DNA from: Enoplolaimus lenunculus
Taxonomy: Eukaryota
Direction of reading: 5' to 3'
Length of the DNA stretch: 20,000 bases
Assembly (NCBI GenBank): GCA_030248215.1
Contig: JASANG010001546.1
Coordinates: 665,186 to 685,185 of the forward strand
Positions 1 through 10,640 of the stretch are shown here, piece after piece. The notes under the pieces are model-generated. The model did not search any database, was not told the origin of the DNA, and worked only from the letters and a program-made list of their open reading frames with translations. The position numbers and the translations under genes are program-made. Each line of letters begins with the position of its first letter. Positions within the stretch are counted from its first letter, which is position 1.

Positions 1-479
1 GTAGAAGTCGTCGAAAAGTTGTATGCAAATTCTAAAAAAATTAGCCTGTCTTAGCAATGTGATTCGACTACGGGGCTGCGGTGAATCAATAGGGTACCGA
101 TCTTATGCCCTTGGAATGGGGACGCACAACCACAACCGAACCAACGCTAAACTAAAAATTAACATTTAGTCGTATAATTGCATTTCGCTTCTCGCTCGCG
201 AGGTTTTTCCTGTGTTTATTGAGCGTTTTCCATCCAGCGACGTATAAAACAGAAGGATTCGAGGAAATATTATCCCTTACGTAAATTTATGAACGAATAA
301 AGTAACCGCAATGCCTTCAAAATAAACTTCTAAATGCTGGAAGTGAAATATTTCGCTTACGAGGTTTAGCCCGTCTCAAGTTCAAATACTCTATACGTAT
401 CTGTCTTCGCCATCCCTGGATAAATGGTAGGTCAAGTTGTCGGATCTTCTCTCCCTCAGGTTTCATTTACTGATTCTAT

Positions 480-865
480 CAAGGGCGGATCTAGTGGTGG
501 GATGGGGAGATGCATCCCCACTCCGGCTGCCGAGTAAATTTTTTCAGAGTTGAAACCAACGTAAGCTATAATGGCAGTTTGGTGATTTTTGAAAATACGG
601 GAAAAACATAAAACCTTTTCGTCCTTGTACCAACCAAGATATGATAGGCTAGAAATTTATGCAATATCCGCTTTAATGAGTAAATGTTCTGTACTTTGAG
701 GTTCTTCTCGTTAGCGACACATACATACATGCATACATATATACGTATGAGTTTGCGTGACTTGTGGCTGTTTTCGTACACGTGAAAGTATGTATGAACA
801 TGTGCCAAAACTTACCATTTTCCACTTGTGCATTTCCCCACCACGAATTTCCCAATCCGCCGATG
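480..865. mobile_element. hAT-like MITE (GGCGGATC-ended family), copy 1
   Basis: Ends caagggcggatct and caatccgccgatg. Flanks gattctat and gatgccat (6/8 match). Homologous to 15618-16023. Confidence 0.75.
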
Positions 866-1114
866 GATGCCATTCCGGCGGAAGGGTCTTAGTTCGAGTG
901 TGGGACACAAAAGTAGTATTCTCAAACAACCAATAAGTCCAAAATTGACTTAAGTCCGTGGTTGACTTAAGTCATTTTCCTGCAACCCAGCCAGTGTCGA
1001 TTATACACTGTTGCTTAATAAACGTTTTGGTCAAAAGAAGTTGGAATGCATCAAAAAGTTCAGAAACTGAAAGTCTCACAGCGATGCCAATGGGTGTATA
1101 GGATACTAAGACTA

Positions 1115-1818
1115 CACACAAAAAACATTTTCTGATATTCAACAATGATTTCGTTTAAGACTAAGACAATTATATCTTAGTGTGGACTTTTGAATCCAAG
1201 ACATTATTTTTTAAAATTTTTCAGAAATCTGTGTCTAAAATTTTTAACACTTAAATGCCTTAAATTTAAGAATGTGTTTCACAAACAATTACGACAAATA
1301 TTTTTGAACTACAAGACAAATATGCCTGAAATATAAGACAAATATGTCTGAAATCGAAGACTTGTTTTGCTGATTTTTAAGACATATATGTCTTAGAACA
1401 AGATTTGCCAGAGAAGTCGCCTTCATAATTGGGAGTTAAGCTCAACCAAATTCCCTAATTTTTCAACCTAAAATATGTCCAAGACGTAAACGTAAATTGG
1501 GGGAGTCTGAGCTCAACCCGAAATATCTTTGAAATACAATTATTTGTATACTCTCTTAAGAATAAAAACTGAGCAACTTTTTAACATACACAGAAATCAG
1601 AAAATAAATTCTTGAATATACGACAACTATTTCTTGAAAGAAAGAAATTTGTTTCTAAATAAATTGTAAACAGTAATTTCTTAAATATAAAACATTTATG
1701 TTTTAACCATTTCAGACATAAATTTCTGATCAGTTTAAGGCTAATGTCTGAAATACAAGACATTTATGTCTTGAAAATTTAACAAAGTACAAGTCTTGAA
1801 ATTAATTTCTTTAGTGTG
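1115..1818. mobile_element. TA-flanked CAC...GTG non-autonomous DNA element with many AAGAC/GTCTT internal repeats
   Basis: Ends TA|cacacaaaaaaa and tttctttagtgtg|TA. Very AT-rich interior with repeated aagaca and gtcttga motifs. Confidence 0.7.
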
Positions 1819-2668
1819 TAGACCAACTTGTCAAATGCACTCCTCTGAAATTTGCTTTCGAGGAGGTCGAAACCCACTATTCATCGAACGCGGGTTTTCA
1901 TCCTTAACCAATCGTTGAATGGTGATAAAAACAATTTCGAACTTCATCGCCAACTCTGAAAATGGGGTTGTTCGCGGTCGACAAACCATAATTTTTCGTG
2001 CTTCAAAGAATATACTTAAACAGCAAATATAGCAACAAACACAAGAAGTGTTTTTGTTGCCGTTTGTCAGAATCATTCAATGCCAGCATACACCAGGTGA
2101 TGTTTTACTGTCTGTTTAATGTCTAAACCAATTTAAAAATTTGACACTGGACTAAAATGTCACGTCAGATTAATCAAATAGTTCATTTTGTCTAAAACTG
2201 TCTCTACTACAAATATTCTGATAGGATAATATTGCATTGAACGATGGGCATTGTCGAAATCTTATCTTGGCCGGAATCCTCAAATGTGGACACCATTAAT
2301 TACCAGTTGGTGGTTGTGTATCTTTTAAGAAAGTTCGGTGTGGGCGTTTATACGCCCAGAACGCCGATTTAATGCTTGCTGGTTATAACTTTCGTTGAGT
2401 TTCATTGTTTATCTTGTTCTATTTGCATACAATTAAACGAAGAGTTTACAATTTCTATCACACGAATATAAATTAGAATTCGCGTTATTGAATAAATATT
2501 TAGTTTAGAAAGTTTTGATAAACACTGATAATTGTATTATTTGACGAAATTGGTTTGTTTTTGAAACCCTAAGTATCAAATGACAAATTCGGCCGACATT
2601 AACCTGAAATAAAAGAATGATATATTCAATTTGACTTAGAGCGAACGGAAATTTCCTTAGGGTTTCAG

Positions 2669-3015
2669 GTGAAACATATAAAAAGCAAACAAACAACTGA
2701 AGTTACTAATTTGTTTGTATTCGATTTTATTGACCGGGGGAAAGACCGTAAGATATCTTACAGTGTATCTGCAGCTAAGAATAGTCCATTAGCTAAAGCA
2801 AACGTGACACGTCCCACTGATAGAAAAGCAACAACACTTATGTCTCGGACGGGAAAAATAGGCCTGATTTTCGGCCTTTAGTTTAAACAGGAGTCTCTAC
2901 TCAAAACAATATCCAAACGACAACGGTATTTATACAAGTGCCGGGTGCCAAGTATCTTCAGCAGTTACAGTCAAATGAAAATCTAGGCGGAGTACAGTTC
3001 AGACCACAGGCTTAA
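2669..3015 (+). CDS. Possible 3' end of a plus-strand gene: exons 2669-2747 and 2891-3015
   Basis: Sites tttcag|GTG, GAC C|gtaaga and tttaaacag|GA are phase-compatible. The joined frame ends ...VSTQNNIQTTTVFIQVPGAKYLQQLQSNENLGGVQFRPQA*. AATAAA lies near 3311. No homology recognised. Confidence 0.25.
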
Positions 3016-3573
3016 ATTTCAAATTCATTATTTAAATTATAAGAAAGCTTGAAAACCTATCGCTAAACTGACAATACACATAATTTATAAAATCCAAGCC
3101 AAATTGCGCACATTCAATTAACTGCACAAATATGCTGTTTATCAGCATGAAGTCTAACAATCCATAACGCAGTGATATTAGACAACAATAAGCGAAAAGT
3201 AAAAAAATCTGAAAAATACTCTTTCAATTTAAAATATAGCTTCCGCACAGCAGGGAATCTAAATTAGGCAGAGCTATTAATTTAGAAATATATTTTTTGG
3301 TTTGAAAAAAAATAAATAAAATACTATTCGGTCCGCCCACCTGACACGAAGAAAGCACGCAATCTTATCAATTTTCTATTACAGTAAATTTCACTAACAA
3401 CGCGGTGCTAAATTGCGAATTTGTATTTTCGCTAATCGAACGCAAGATAAAGTGGATGATGCATAGTGCAAATGCACAATGAAACGTAACATTTTAGAAA
3501 TACGGACAAACCTGAATATCTGCAAATAAACACCATATAAGGTATTCCCTAATAATTACAGAACCGGTCAAAG

Positions 3574-3730
3574 CGGGCGCGTAGCCAAGGGGGCTCAGCA
3601 CCCCCACGAAATTTTTTAGTATTCCCCGTGCATAATTTTGAATGTTGCTGGTAAGTCAACGGAAACCCCTATGTGTTTATCCTGGAAAATTTTTAACCAT
3701 CCGTAGCAAGATGAGCTGGCTACGAGCCCA
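3574..3730. mobile_element. hAT-like MITE (GGGCCCGTAGCCA-type TIR)
   Basis: Ends cgggcgcgtagcca and tggctacgagccca. 8-bp flanks ggtcaaag and tgtcaaag (7/8 match). A solo right end (ccccttggctacgggcccg) lies at about 10581-10599. Confidence 0.75.
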
Positions 3731-4294
3731 TGTCAAAGGGAAACCATCGGGGACCAGGGTGCCATTGCTCCCTACAATGATTTCGAAAAATATTATTTCC
3801 AACAACAAATATGCTTTAGAAAAACCCACCCAATCAAACGATGAAAACGTATTCCTACACTTGCTGTAACTCTCTGTAGTCCAAAATCCTCGCTACTGTC
3901 ATAGAAGGTGTATCCATATTTAGCATTGTGCCCAAACTTTAGTGATAAGGTTAATAACAATTTTTGTCTCGTTGAGCTGGCTGATAAAACAATTTTCATT
4001 CAGCCGCTTCCTAAAACGAAACCTTCGCTACATTTCGAATCCACTGTGACAAAATATAAAATCCATCAACATTTAACCCCCAGTCTTTAATCCTGCTACA
4101 GCTTCTACACAAACAATAGTCTACACAAACCGTTTAGTTCCATGGAACAATTATTTAGTTTCATGAAAAGTTTTGCTTCGATAAACGTTGTCTACGAAAT
4201 GCAGCAGCCAAATTTCCGGTTCGCTGATCAATTTTGAAATATCACCGTTATGCCATGTCTGCAGGGTTTTCTAATATTAAAACTTCCCTGTTTG

Positions 4295-4476
4295 CCTGGC
4301 CGGCGTTGGGATAGTCGGCCCTCCAAAACAGGTCCGAGGGGGGGGCCCAATACAATGTTTTCAGCTCTATAAATTCGTGATCAAATATATTTTTTAATTT
4401 GTCAAAGTGGGGCCCCTCAAGGGTCGAGGTTTCTCAAATGGAAGGTTTGGGGGGGGGGGCGATTCCGCCGGCACTG
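4295..4476. mobile_element. hAT-like MITE with perfect 8-bp TSD
   Basis: TSD cctgtttg at 4287-4294 and 4477-4484. Imperfect TIRs cctggccggcg and cgccggcactg. Internal gggccc motifs and G-runs. Confidence 0.85.
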
Positions 4477-4535
4477 CCTGTTTGCCGAACTATTCGCTGC
4501 TGAGAAGCGAGCAATTCACGGTCATCAAACCACTA

Positions 4536-4752
4536 TTCGTATTGTCATTTGTATATCGAATCTCTCTCACCAGTTGATCACAGATCATGTAAGCTTTAAA
4601 TCAGCCAATTGACACCTTTGAAATTTGGCACGTTTTCGACATTTGATTGGCCCCAGTTGCGAGCTAAATTTTAGATCCGCAGCTCCGCCAATTGGCTGAT
4701 TTGAAAACTTATCACTAATTGACAATAGATGCTACACAGATTCGAGAATACG
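4536..4752. mobile_element. Degenerate foldback MITE
   Basis: Exact 14-bp inverted repeat aaatcagccaattg (4598-4611) and caattggctgattt (4689-4702). Outer pairs tcgaatct/agattcga and tcgtatt/aatacga. Confidence 0.6.
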
Positions 4753-5459
4753 ATCCCAAGGATAACGGCGAGAGATTAGTAAATAACTGTATGATATATT
4801 CTGAAAACGAGTAAGTTTAAACTCAACTGCAACCAATCGTTGATTATTACCGAGCAAATCGCATATTACATTTCTAGGAAATTATATACAGCGGCGGATC
4901 CACAAATTTCTGAACGGGAAGGATGGACTGACAAAAGTTTATGAAACACAATTTTTACGGTATCCTGTGATTATGTAAAATTCAAAACCAGTAAAAGAAA
5001 ACCTTGCGAGCGTAGGAAACGAAAATCCAATTCTGTGAAAAGTATCTAAAATTTCTTATTACGAAAACAGGGTCGGTGGAACCGGATTATGCAGGATTAC
5101 TGAGAAAATAGCAATCGTTCCCCCAAGCAACTGAAATGTTAAATGTAGAAACATAAAGTTTTACGTTCAAATTAGCAAATCTGTTCGTGACAGGAGCTGT
5201 CGAGTCAGATATCGAGTTGAATTACAACAGATTTTCGAAAAATTCAAATCAGAAAACTACCGTAATCTTGTTCAGATTTGGTTTAATTTATTCAATGTTT
5301 TTGTCGGTAAAATATGTTTTTGTTTTAAATTAAGCATAATTTAGCATCCATGGAAGCAAATTTGTACCAGTTGACCACGAGTTCACCTGTCGGCAACTGC
5401 GCGGTTCGTTGCAACCGATAGCTTCGAAATACAAATATTTCAACAATGTGTTAGCTTAC

Positions 5460-5558
5460 TGTAAATTCCAATGAGTTGATTGATTTTCTGGATATTTCTA
5501 ACTTAATAACAGTACATAATAAAGTCACTCTGAGTTGATTTAAGTTCGGATGATTTGT
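5460..5558 (-). CDS. Possible next exon (99 nt, phase 0-0); reads TNHPNLNQLRVTLLCTVIKLEISRKSINSLEFT
   Basis: Acceptor ttgtttag and donor ACA|gtaagc. In frame with the previous exon after a 109-nt intron. The peptide is not recognised. Confidence 0.4.
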
Positions 5559-5667
5559 CTAAACAACTAATTGATTATTACACAAACTATAAACGTATAA
5601 AATAGTTGGAAACCTGTTAAACCTAACTTCCATTCGGCCTATAAAATCAAATCAGCTGACAACTTAC

Positions 5668-5924
5668 ATCTCGATTGCGTTGATCAGATTCGTTGCCAGA
5701 TTGCGAAACAGTCGCTTTTCCAATCGCAGCAATCGTTTCATTGAGCGACGCTTCAAGTTCATCCAAATATCGTCCATTTGATGTTCCAAATGATACTTTG
5801 TTTGAAATCAAAGGCGGAGTTCCGCTGTTTGAAATGATTCGATTTTCAATGACGCAACATTCATCCGATTCACTACGAATTGGTTTAAAACTGGCAAAAG
5901 ATGGCTCCATTGAGGAAGATTTGC
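5668..5924 (-). CDS. Coding exon (257 nt, phase 1-0) with LD-like motif LDELEASL; read-through ends at TGA 5647-5649
   Basis: Acceptor aatttttag and consensus donor GAT|gtaagt. Matches ORF 5647..5910. The motif resembles paxillin LD4 (RELDELMASL). Confidence 0.75.
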
Positions 5925-6171
5925 CTAAAAATTAATACTGCAATCAATTATGGCTGCACGTAAGTACACATCATTACACAGGCTGTGCCGCCTGCCTTTG
6001 ACCAGAGCCGGCCGGCACCGCATTACATATATAACGCCGCCATAAGGCGGACTATCGGCCTACATGAGACCTGTGTAGGCTGTGATTAAACTATTAAGAT
6101 TTGTTATACTGTTTCATACTTGCGTTTCAATCGACGTTGAAAATTGCAGAATAAACAAAAGGTAAACGTAC

Positions 6172-6321
6172 TCATTGCAGCTCCAGAAACTGAACTGTCG
6201 TTTAAACTTTCTCGAGTTGAAATGTTCATTTCGGGTTCGTGATTGGTTGGATTCGTTGTGCAAATTGACGCATCCGCAAGTTCAGCGAGTAAACTTTGTA
6301 ATTCTTCTAATTCTTTTACCA
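6172..6321 (-). CDS. Coding exon (150 nt, phase 1-1) with LD-like helix LEELQSLLAEL; paxillin-like
   Basis: Acceptor taatttcag and donor A|gtacgt. Matches ORF 6104..6322 and joins in frame to the next exon (A|GC = Ser). Confidence 0.75.
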
Positions 6322-6341
6322 CTGAAATTAATTGGTATTAG

Positions 6342-6716
6342 CAACAGTGGATGATCACTCTTTATAACAAGAGTGTGCAACTTGGTACATTCTGTGTATT
6401 AACGAACCAAGAGTGGATGGTCACTCTTTATAACAAGAGTGTGCAACTGGGTACATTCTGTGTATTAAAGTATGTACCCGGCACGCGTTGCGTTTTTGGC
6501 CTACCACCCTTATTTAGGGGTCTGTATGCAGTTTTATATCGTAGTAATGCTAGGAGCAAATTGTAACCCCCAATGAAGCATACTGTTAATCTCTTGCTTA
6601 AACCCCCACTGATTGAGGGGGTCGAACAAAAATGCAACGCGTTCTGGTACATTCTTTAATACACAGAATGTACCCAGTTGCACACTCTTGTTATAAAGAG
6701 TGATCATCCACTCTTG
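6342..6716. mobile_element. Foldback MITE with about 90-bp TIRs starting CAAGAGTGGATG and a duplicated left end
   Basis: 6408 to about 6497 is a near-perfect inverse of about 6628 to 6716. 6342-6402 is an extra direct copy of the left end. The 7-mer gtattag flanks both sides (6335-6341, 6717-6723). Confidence 0.9.
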
Positions 6717-6723
6717 GTATTAG

Positions 6724-7297
6724 CAAGAGTAGATGATCAGTCAGTGGCAAAAGTGTGCTACTACCGATATTTGTGTGGTACTAAATGTACCACCGGGCAT
6801 TGTGTTTTTGACCAACCCACCGTTATTTAAGAGGGGAGTCGATGTCACATGCAATATTTTTAAATTAAACTATGAACCGAGCAATTTTGACTCTGTATAC
6901 GTACACTGCCATGGTTTACACAAGCTGTTCCCCCATAAATAAGTGAGTGGGAAGGTCAAAAAGTGCAACGCAGACTGGGCCATTTTTGCACCAGAGTGAA
7001 ACTTAGTACATTCTGTGTACAAAAAACATACCCAGCACACGCCGCGTTTTTGGCCCGCTTTCCGTATTTAAAGGGGGTACAATTTGGGCAAACCTTAGTA
7101 TAGACGCTTCAAAAACTTTCTATTTACATTTCAAATCTGCTAAACTTGTTCAGTCCTATATATTGCATAAGATTTCAACCCCCATTCGCCTTAACAAAGA
7201 GCAGGAGTTGGCCAAAAACGCAACGCGTGCTGATAGATTTTGTACCATACAGAGCACAAGTTGTTGCACACTCTTGTAACATATCATTGCACTCTTT
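6724..7297. mobile_element. Older diverged relatives of the same foldback family (about two units)
   Basis: Starts caagagtagatgatca and ends gcacactcttgtaacatatcattgcactcttt. Shares gtacattctgtgta and aaaaacgcaacgcg motifs. Followed by gtattaa (7298-7304). Confidence 0.8.
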
Positions 7298-7323
7298 GTA
7301 TTAATGACAATTCTGAAACGTAC

Positions 7324-7381
7324 GCTCATTGCGCTGCTCGAAACTCCGTTTTCCTAAGTTCGTATACAAGAGTACTTGTGC
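7324..7381 (-). CDS. Putative coding exon (58 nt, phase 0-1); reads AQVLLYTNLGKRSFEQRNE(L)
   Basis: Acceptor ttgattatag and donor C|gtacgt. Only one frame is open, and its end phase matches the 6172-6321 exon. Confidence 0.6.
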
Positions 7382-7504
7382 CTATAATCAATTCACCACG
7401 CCTGTTTAACAATTTAAACTCCTGTTAAACGAACATATTTTTAAAACCAAAACTAATATTAACCCTTTCTCACATGAACATTTTCTATTTCCACCGAGAC
7501 CCAC

Positions 7505-7575
7505 TTTTATGCTAGGATTCGAACTGCAGTGACTGGAGTGGGAGGCGTATACCATCACCACTCAGCTGTAGGAGG
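7505..7575 (-). mobile_element. tRNA-derived SINE head or tRNA pseudogene (Gly-like)
   Basis: Minus strand has an A-box-like cagctgagtgg, a B box GTTCGAATCC (7515-7524) and cgcctcccac resembling the tRNA-Gly(CCC) anticodon arm. The stems do not form a clean cloverleaf. Confidence 0.6.
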
Positions 7576-7597
7576 TTGACGCTCGAGCCCGAGGGGG

Positions 7598-7720
7598 CTC
7601 TCACGTCTTGTGGTGATTTAGTACTGTGTATACGTGTTGCAATTGTTAAACACGGTGCGATATATATTACTTAACGTATATACACTGCGCTGAGTTACCT
7701 ACAGGCAACTCAATGTGAGA
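7598..7720. repeat. Imperfect palindrome or small foldback element
   Basis: tctcac..tgtggtgatttagtactgtgtatacgt pairs imperfectly with acgtatatacactgcgctgagttacctaca..gtgaga. Confidence 0.5.
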
Positions 7721-8102
7721 AGGGGTGAAGTTTAACTTAAAGGTCATTTAGAATTGAAATTAATAATTGTCATTCACAAATCTGGAGTTGATCCAAAGGA
7801 GCGTTACAGGATATGGGAAAATATACAAGCCAAACACATCAATTGCTCAAAATGAAATAATTTGTGACGAGTTGAACGAATATAAATTCGACTACAATTA
7901 ATACCAGGTCTATTTTTTACACAAAATTCAAATTCTAATTTTATAAAATTGTTCGTAACTACAAATAGATGAAATCGTAAACATTCCGTTTGGACATTTT
8001 ACAGGTCCGGTTCACAAACAAGCCAAGCTGTAGAACTCCTTATAGAATAATAGCGTTTTAACGCGGTTCTAGTTCTTGAACATAGAAATTGTAGAAAAAT
8101 AC

Positions 8103-8304
8103 GGCCGATGCAAAGATCAGAGGCGGAACATTTTTCTGTGGGACTACAACAGAGTCGGCTTAAGCCTTAGAGTAATTTTTTGCATGGCTTAGGCTTAGGG
8201 CTTAGGCGCAGGAAAATAATCATTCTTACGCATTGGCTTAGGTTTAGGCTTAGGCTTAGGAATATGCTTATAATACTGTTCCGCCCCTGTTCTTTACATT
8301 TGCC
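8103..8304 (+). mobile_element. GGCC-ended MITE with TTAGGC-like repeats (copy 1)
   Basis: TIR tgcaaagatcagaggcggaaca versus the inverse of tgttccgcccctgttctttaca (19/22 match). Interior ggcttaggcttagg. Reverse-complement homolog of 14545-14761. Confidence 0.85.
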
Positions 8305-8795
8305 AAAATAGTTTTTAAAAGTTTTGGTACAAACAGTTGTCTATGATCTTGGTATTTCCATTCCATAAAATAACCAAATGAAAACACATTGACCCACCAA
8401 CTATTTGACCCAAATACAACAATGCCGACCCATCCAAAAGGTATCCTGGCCTAAAACTTGAATATATGTAGCATAACTACAGCTTATTTGGCTGTACCAC
8501 AAAGGCGTCCCCACGGTGGGACCTTGGGATGTGACGTATCCTCCCAAATATCCGTAGTGCTCCCCAAAATAGATTCGGTCTAAAAGTAAACAATCTTGAG
8601 TTGCAATTGTCGGGGTTCATGAAAATTGTTCGACTCCCCTCCCCAAATATAATTTTATGCACACGCTTGTGCTGCATCATTGTATTGTATTCTGGTTTTA
8701 AAACGTGAAAACTATACTAAATAAACAAATTCTAAAAGCCCAAAAAGAGTCGACATTTAAACTTTTGGGTATCGGATAAAGTTATTCTGAGCTGA

Positions 8796-8911
8796 CTGTG
8801 GCGGATTCCAAAATTTTAGTCGAATTGTGAAGAAACGAATCAAAGTTTGTTTTGGTTCCTTTTGGGGTTTTAGGCCGAGATGGCCGGTCTTCTGCCTTGG
8901 ATCCGCCAGTG
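8796..8911. mobile_element. Short MITE with GGCGGATCC-type TIRs
   Basis: Ends ctgtggcggattcca and tggatccgccagtg; no clear TSD. Solo ends of the same type lie at about 4889 and about 12262-12275. Confidence 0.55.
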
Positions 8912-9720
8912 GACTGAGTGTATTATAAAGAATAAATAGACGGTTTAAAAAGAACAGACGCCTCTATGACGTATATTAGAATATTAATTACACATTATGG
9001 TTGGAAGCTAAGTACTATTTTAGAATTATCAGTCTTCAGATTTGTACAGCTGGCCCTGCAGATTTTGAGATTTTCAAATTTTGTCATAAGTTCGACTTGG
9101 GATCAGATTTTGGCTTTGGCTTGAGCTTAAACTTTTGAACGCAACTTTTCAAGTTTTACAGACTGTATCAAGATTAAGAAAGATATTATATTCTGAATTT
9201 TAGAAATATTAAGCGAAATGCTATCAACTGAATATGCAGTCTGTTAACAGTTACAATAATCGCTTTCTAAACAATGTTCATTTCTGCCACAACAACCTTC
9301 CAATTTCGCAATTGAAATAACCGCAGAGTTTTCAAGAAATTTAAGTGTTCGGCGATTTAAACTCTTAAAATTTCATTTTCGCGTAACTCGATCCATCTCA
9401 TTTACGTAAAGTCTAAAGATGCTTAAGGTAGTTGTTAAAACACGGAACAAGCAACGCAGCAACCGTTTTCGAGTATTAACGAACCTTCGCTGATGAACAA
9501 ACTATGCTTTATTCTGAAAGTTGAAATGTTTTCGAAACGTCTGAACTCGGAACGAAATTTAAACCGAAAGGCAACATGAAATTTTAGGAAAACAGGGGAC
9601 TGTAAGCATGTGAGACATGTTTGTCCTTTATGTGCACATGCAATATAGTGTCGAGCACCGTATGTATGCTAGCTGGCCACATACGGTCGACACATATAGT
9701 CGACGAAAAACGCAGTTGGA

Positions 9721-10066
9721 GGCGGGCTACGTGGCGCAGTGCTGGAGTGCTCGCTTAAGGATCCATAGGCTAAGAGTTCGATCCCCGCTCTAGCACGCTT
9801 TTCTAGCTGCTTAGTTGAAAGGTCTGATGTCCCGGTTCCTACCTTGACTGACACATCAAAATATAACGCGTTATACTATCAATACAGCTTGAATGGGGGT
9901 TATGAAAATACGTAAGCGACTAGTGCCAGACCCACAGCCGAAGAAAGTAGCGATCGGGTTAATGGTCAGAGGAGAGCCAGTGGTGGCTCAACCCTTTGGA
10001 AAAACATCCTGATAGAAAAGGTTTAGCCCGGCTTGTAAGCCGTGTGAATTTTCAATTATACTTTTT
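9721..10066 (+). mobile_element. tRNA-derived SINE (Arg-like head) with about 270-bp body
   Basis: A box tggcgcagtgctgg (9732-9745) and B box gttcgatccc (9776-9785) at tRNA spacing. The head resembles tRNA-Arg(ACG). The 3' boundary is approximate. Confidence 0.7.
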
Positions 10067-10459
10067 CTAAAATTATTTTGGGCCCCTCGACCAGTTCAGC
10101 TGGCTACGGCGTAATGATTGCACAATTTTGTTTTAAGTTTAGGTTCCTAATGTGACTAGAGCCAAGTCAAAAGCGAGGATTATTTTTAACTTACGTTTAA
10201 AAGCAAAACTCAAGCCTTCAATGCGAGCCACCAGCTGCAAAATTAAGCTTAACTCATATTGAACGCACAGAAAGGAGAGAAGAATTCATGAATAATTCAT
10301 ATTTAAATTTCATTTTAAAAATTATTCCTTCCACATTTTTGAAACTTTGTCGAAAAATGTTTCGAAACCTTAAGAATCAATTTGACAATGTATGAGACGG
10401 TAACGTGTTAGTCAGCGTGGTTGCAGTTTAACGCAACGACAGGCACGTAGTCAGCTCAC

Positions 10460-10463
10460 CTTC
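10460..10463 (-). CDS. Putative 4-nt microexon (GAAG)
   Basis: Minus strand reads ctgaacattttttatccccctag|GAAG|gtgagc: a polypyrimidine tract, AG and a strong donor 4 nt apart. It converts phase 2 (12432) to phase 0 (7381), giving CG|G AAG|GCA = R-K-A. Confidence 0.5.
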
Positions 10464-10640
10464 CTAGGGGGATAAAAAATGTTCAGGAGGGGCATTCCAC
10501 GGTTTTGAATGAGTTAAAAGCAAGGTTGGAAATTTTCTTGGGGGGCAAAATGTTTCCAGAGAGGGATGAGCCCCATGGCCCCCCTTGGCTACGGGCCCGC
10601 GCAAAGGGGTGCTTCATTACTACGAGATGCCATTTAACCG

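Noticed and set aside
945..992. Duplicated palindrome ttgacttaagtc as a possible operator
   Set aside because: Followed by tgcaacccagcc and more likely the solo end of a Harbinger-like MITE; no partner end was found.
2930..2975. Minus-strand VTAEDTWHP resembling the LIM motif VTALDRTWHP
   Set aside because: Followed by ALV-stop, with no Cys/His ligands in the required spacing.
6342..6470. Direct repeats resembling a CRISPR array; also 11638-11830 and 13861-13926
   Set aside because: Only 2-3 units, no unique spacers of regular length, no cas genes, and a eukaryotic context.
7345..7381. YTNL-GKR read as a neuropeptide amidation and cleavage site, with RYRR in another frame of 12432-12491
   Set aside because: No signal peptide or recognisable peptide family, and the surrounding LD-like motifs fit a cytoplasmic adaptor better.
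7692..7712. AG|GT recursive-splice-like site (gcctgtag|gtaact)
   Set aside because: It falls in one arm of a palindromic repeat and has a weak pyrimidine tract.
9721..9795. Functional tRNA gene; also 7505-7575
   Set aside because: The anticodon and T stems do not pair properly, so these are better explained as SINE heads or pseudogenes.
9843..9847. Alternative 5-nt microexon TCAAG that would join the phase-1 frame to exon 7381
   Set aside because: It lies inside a SINE body and has a weak polypyrimidine tract, so it is less likely than GAAG at 10460-10463, though not excluded.
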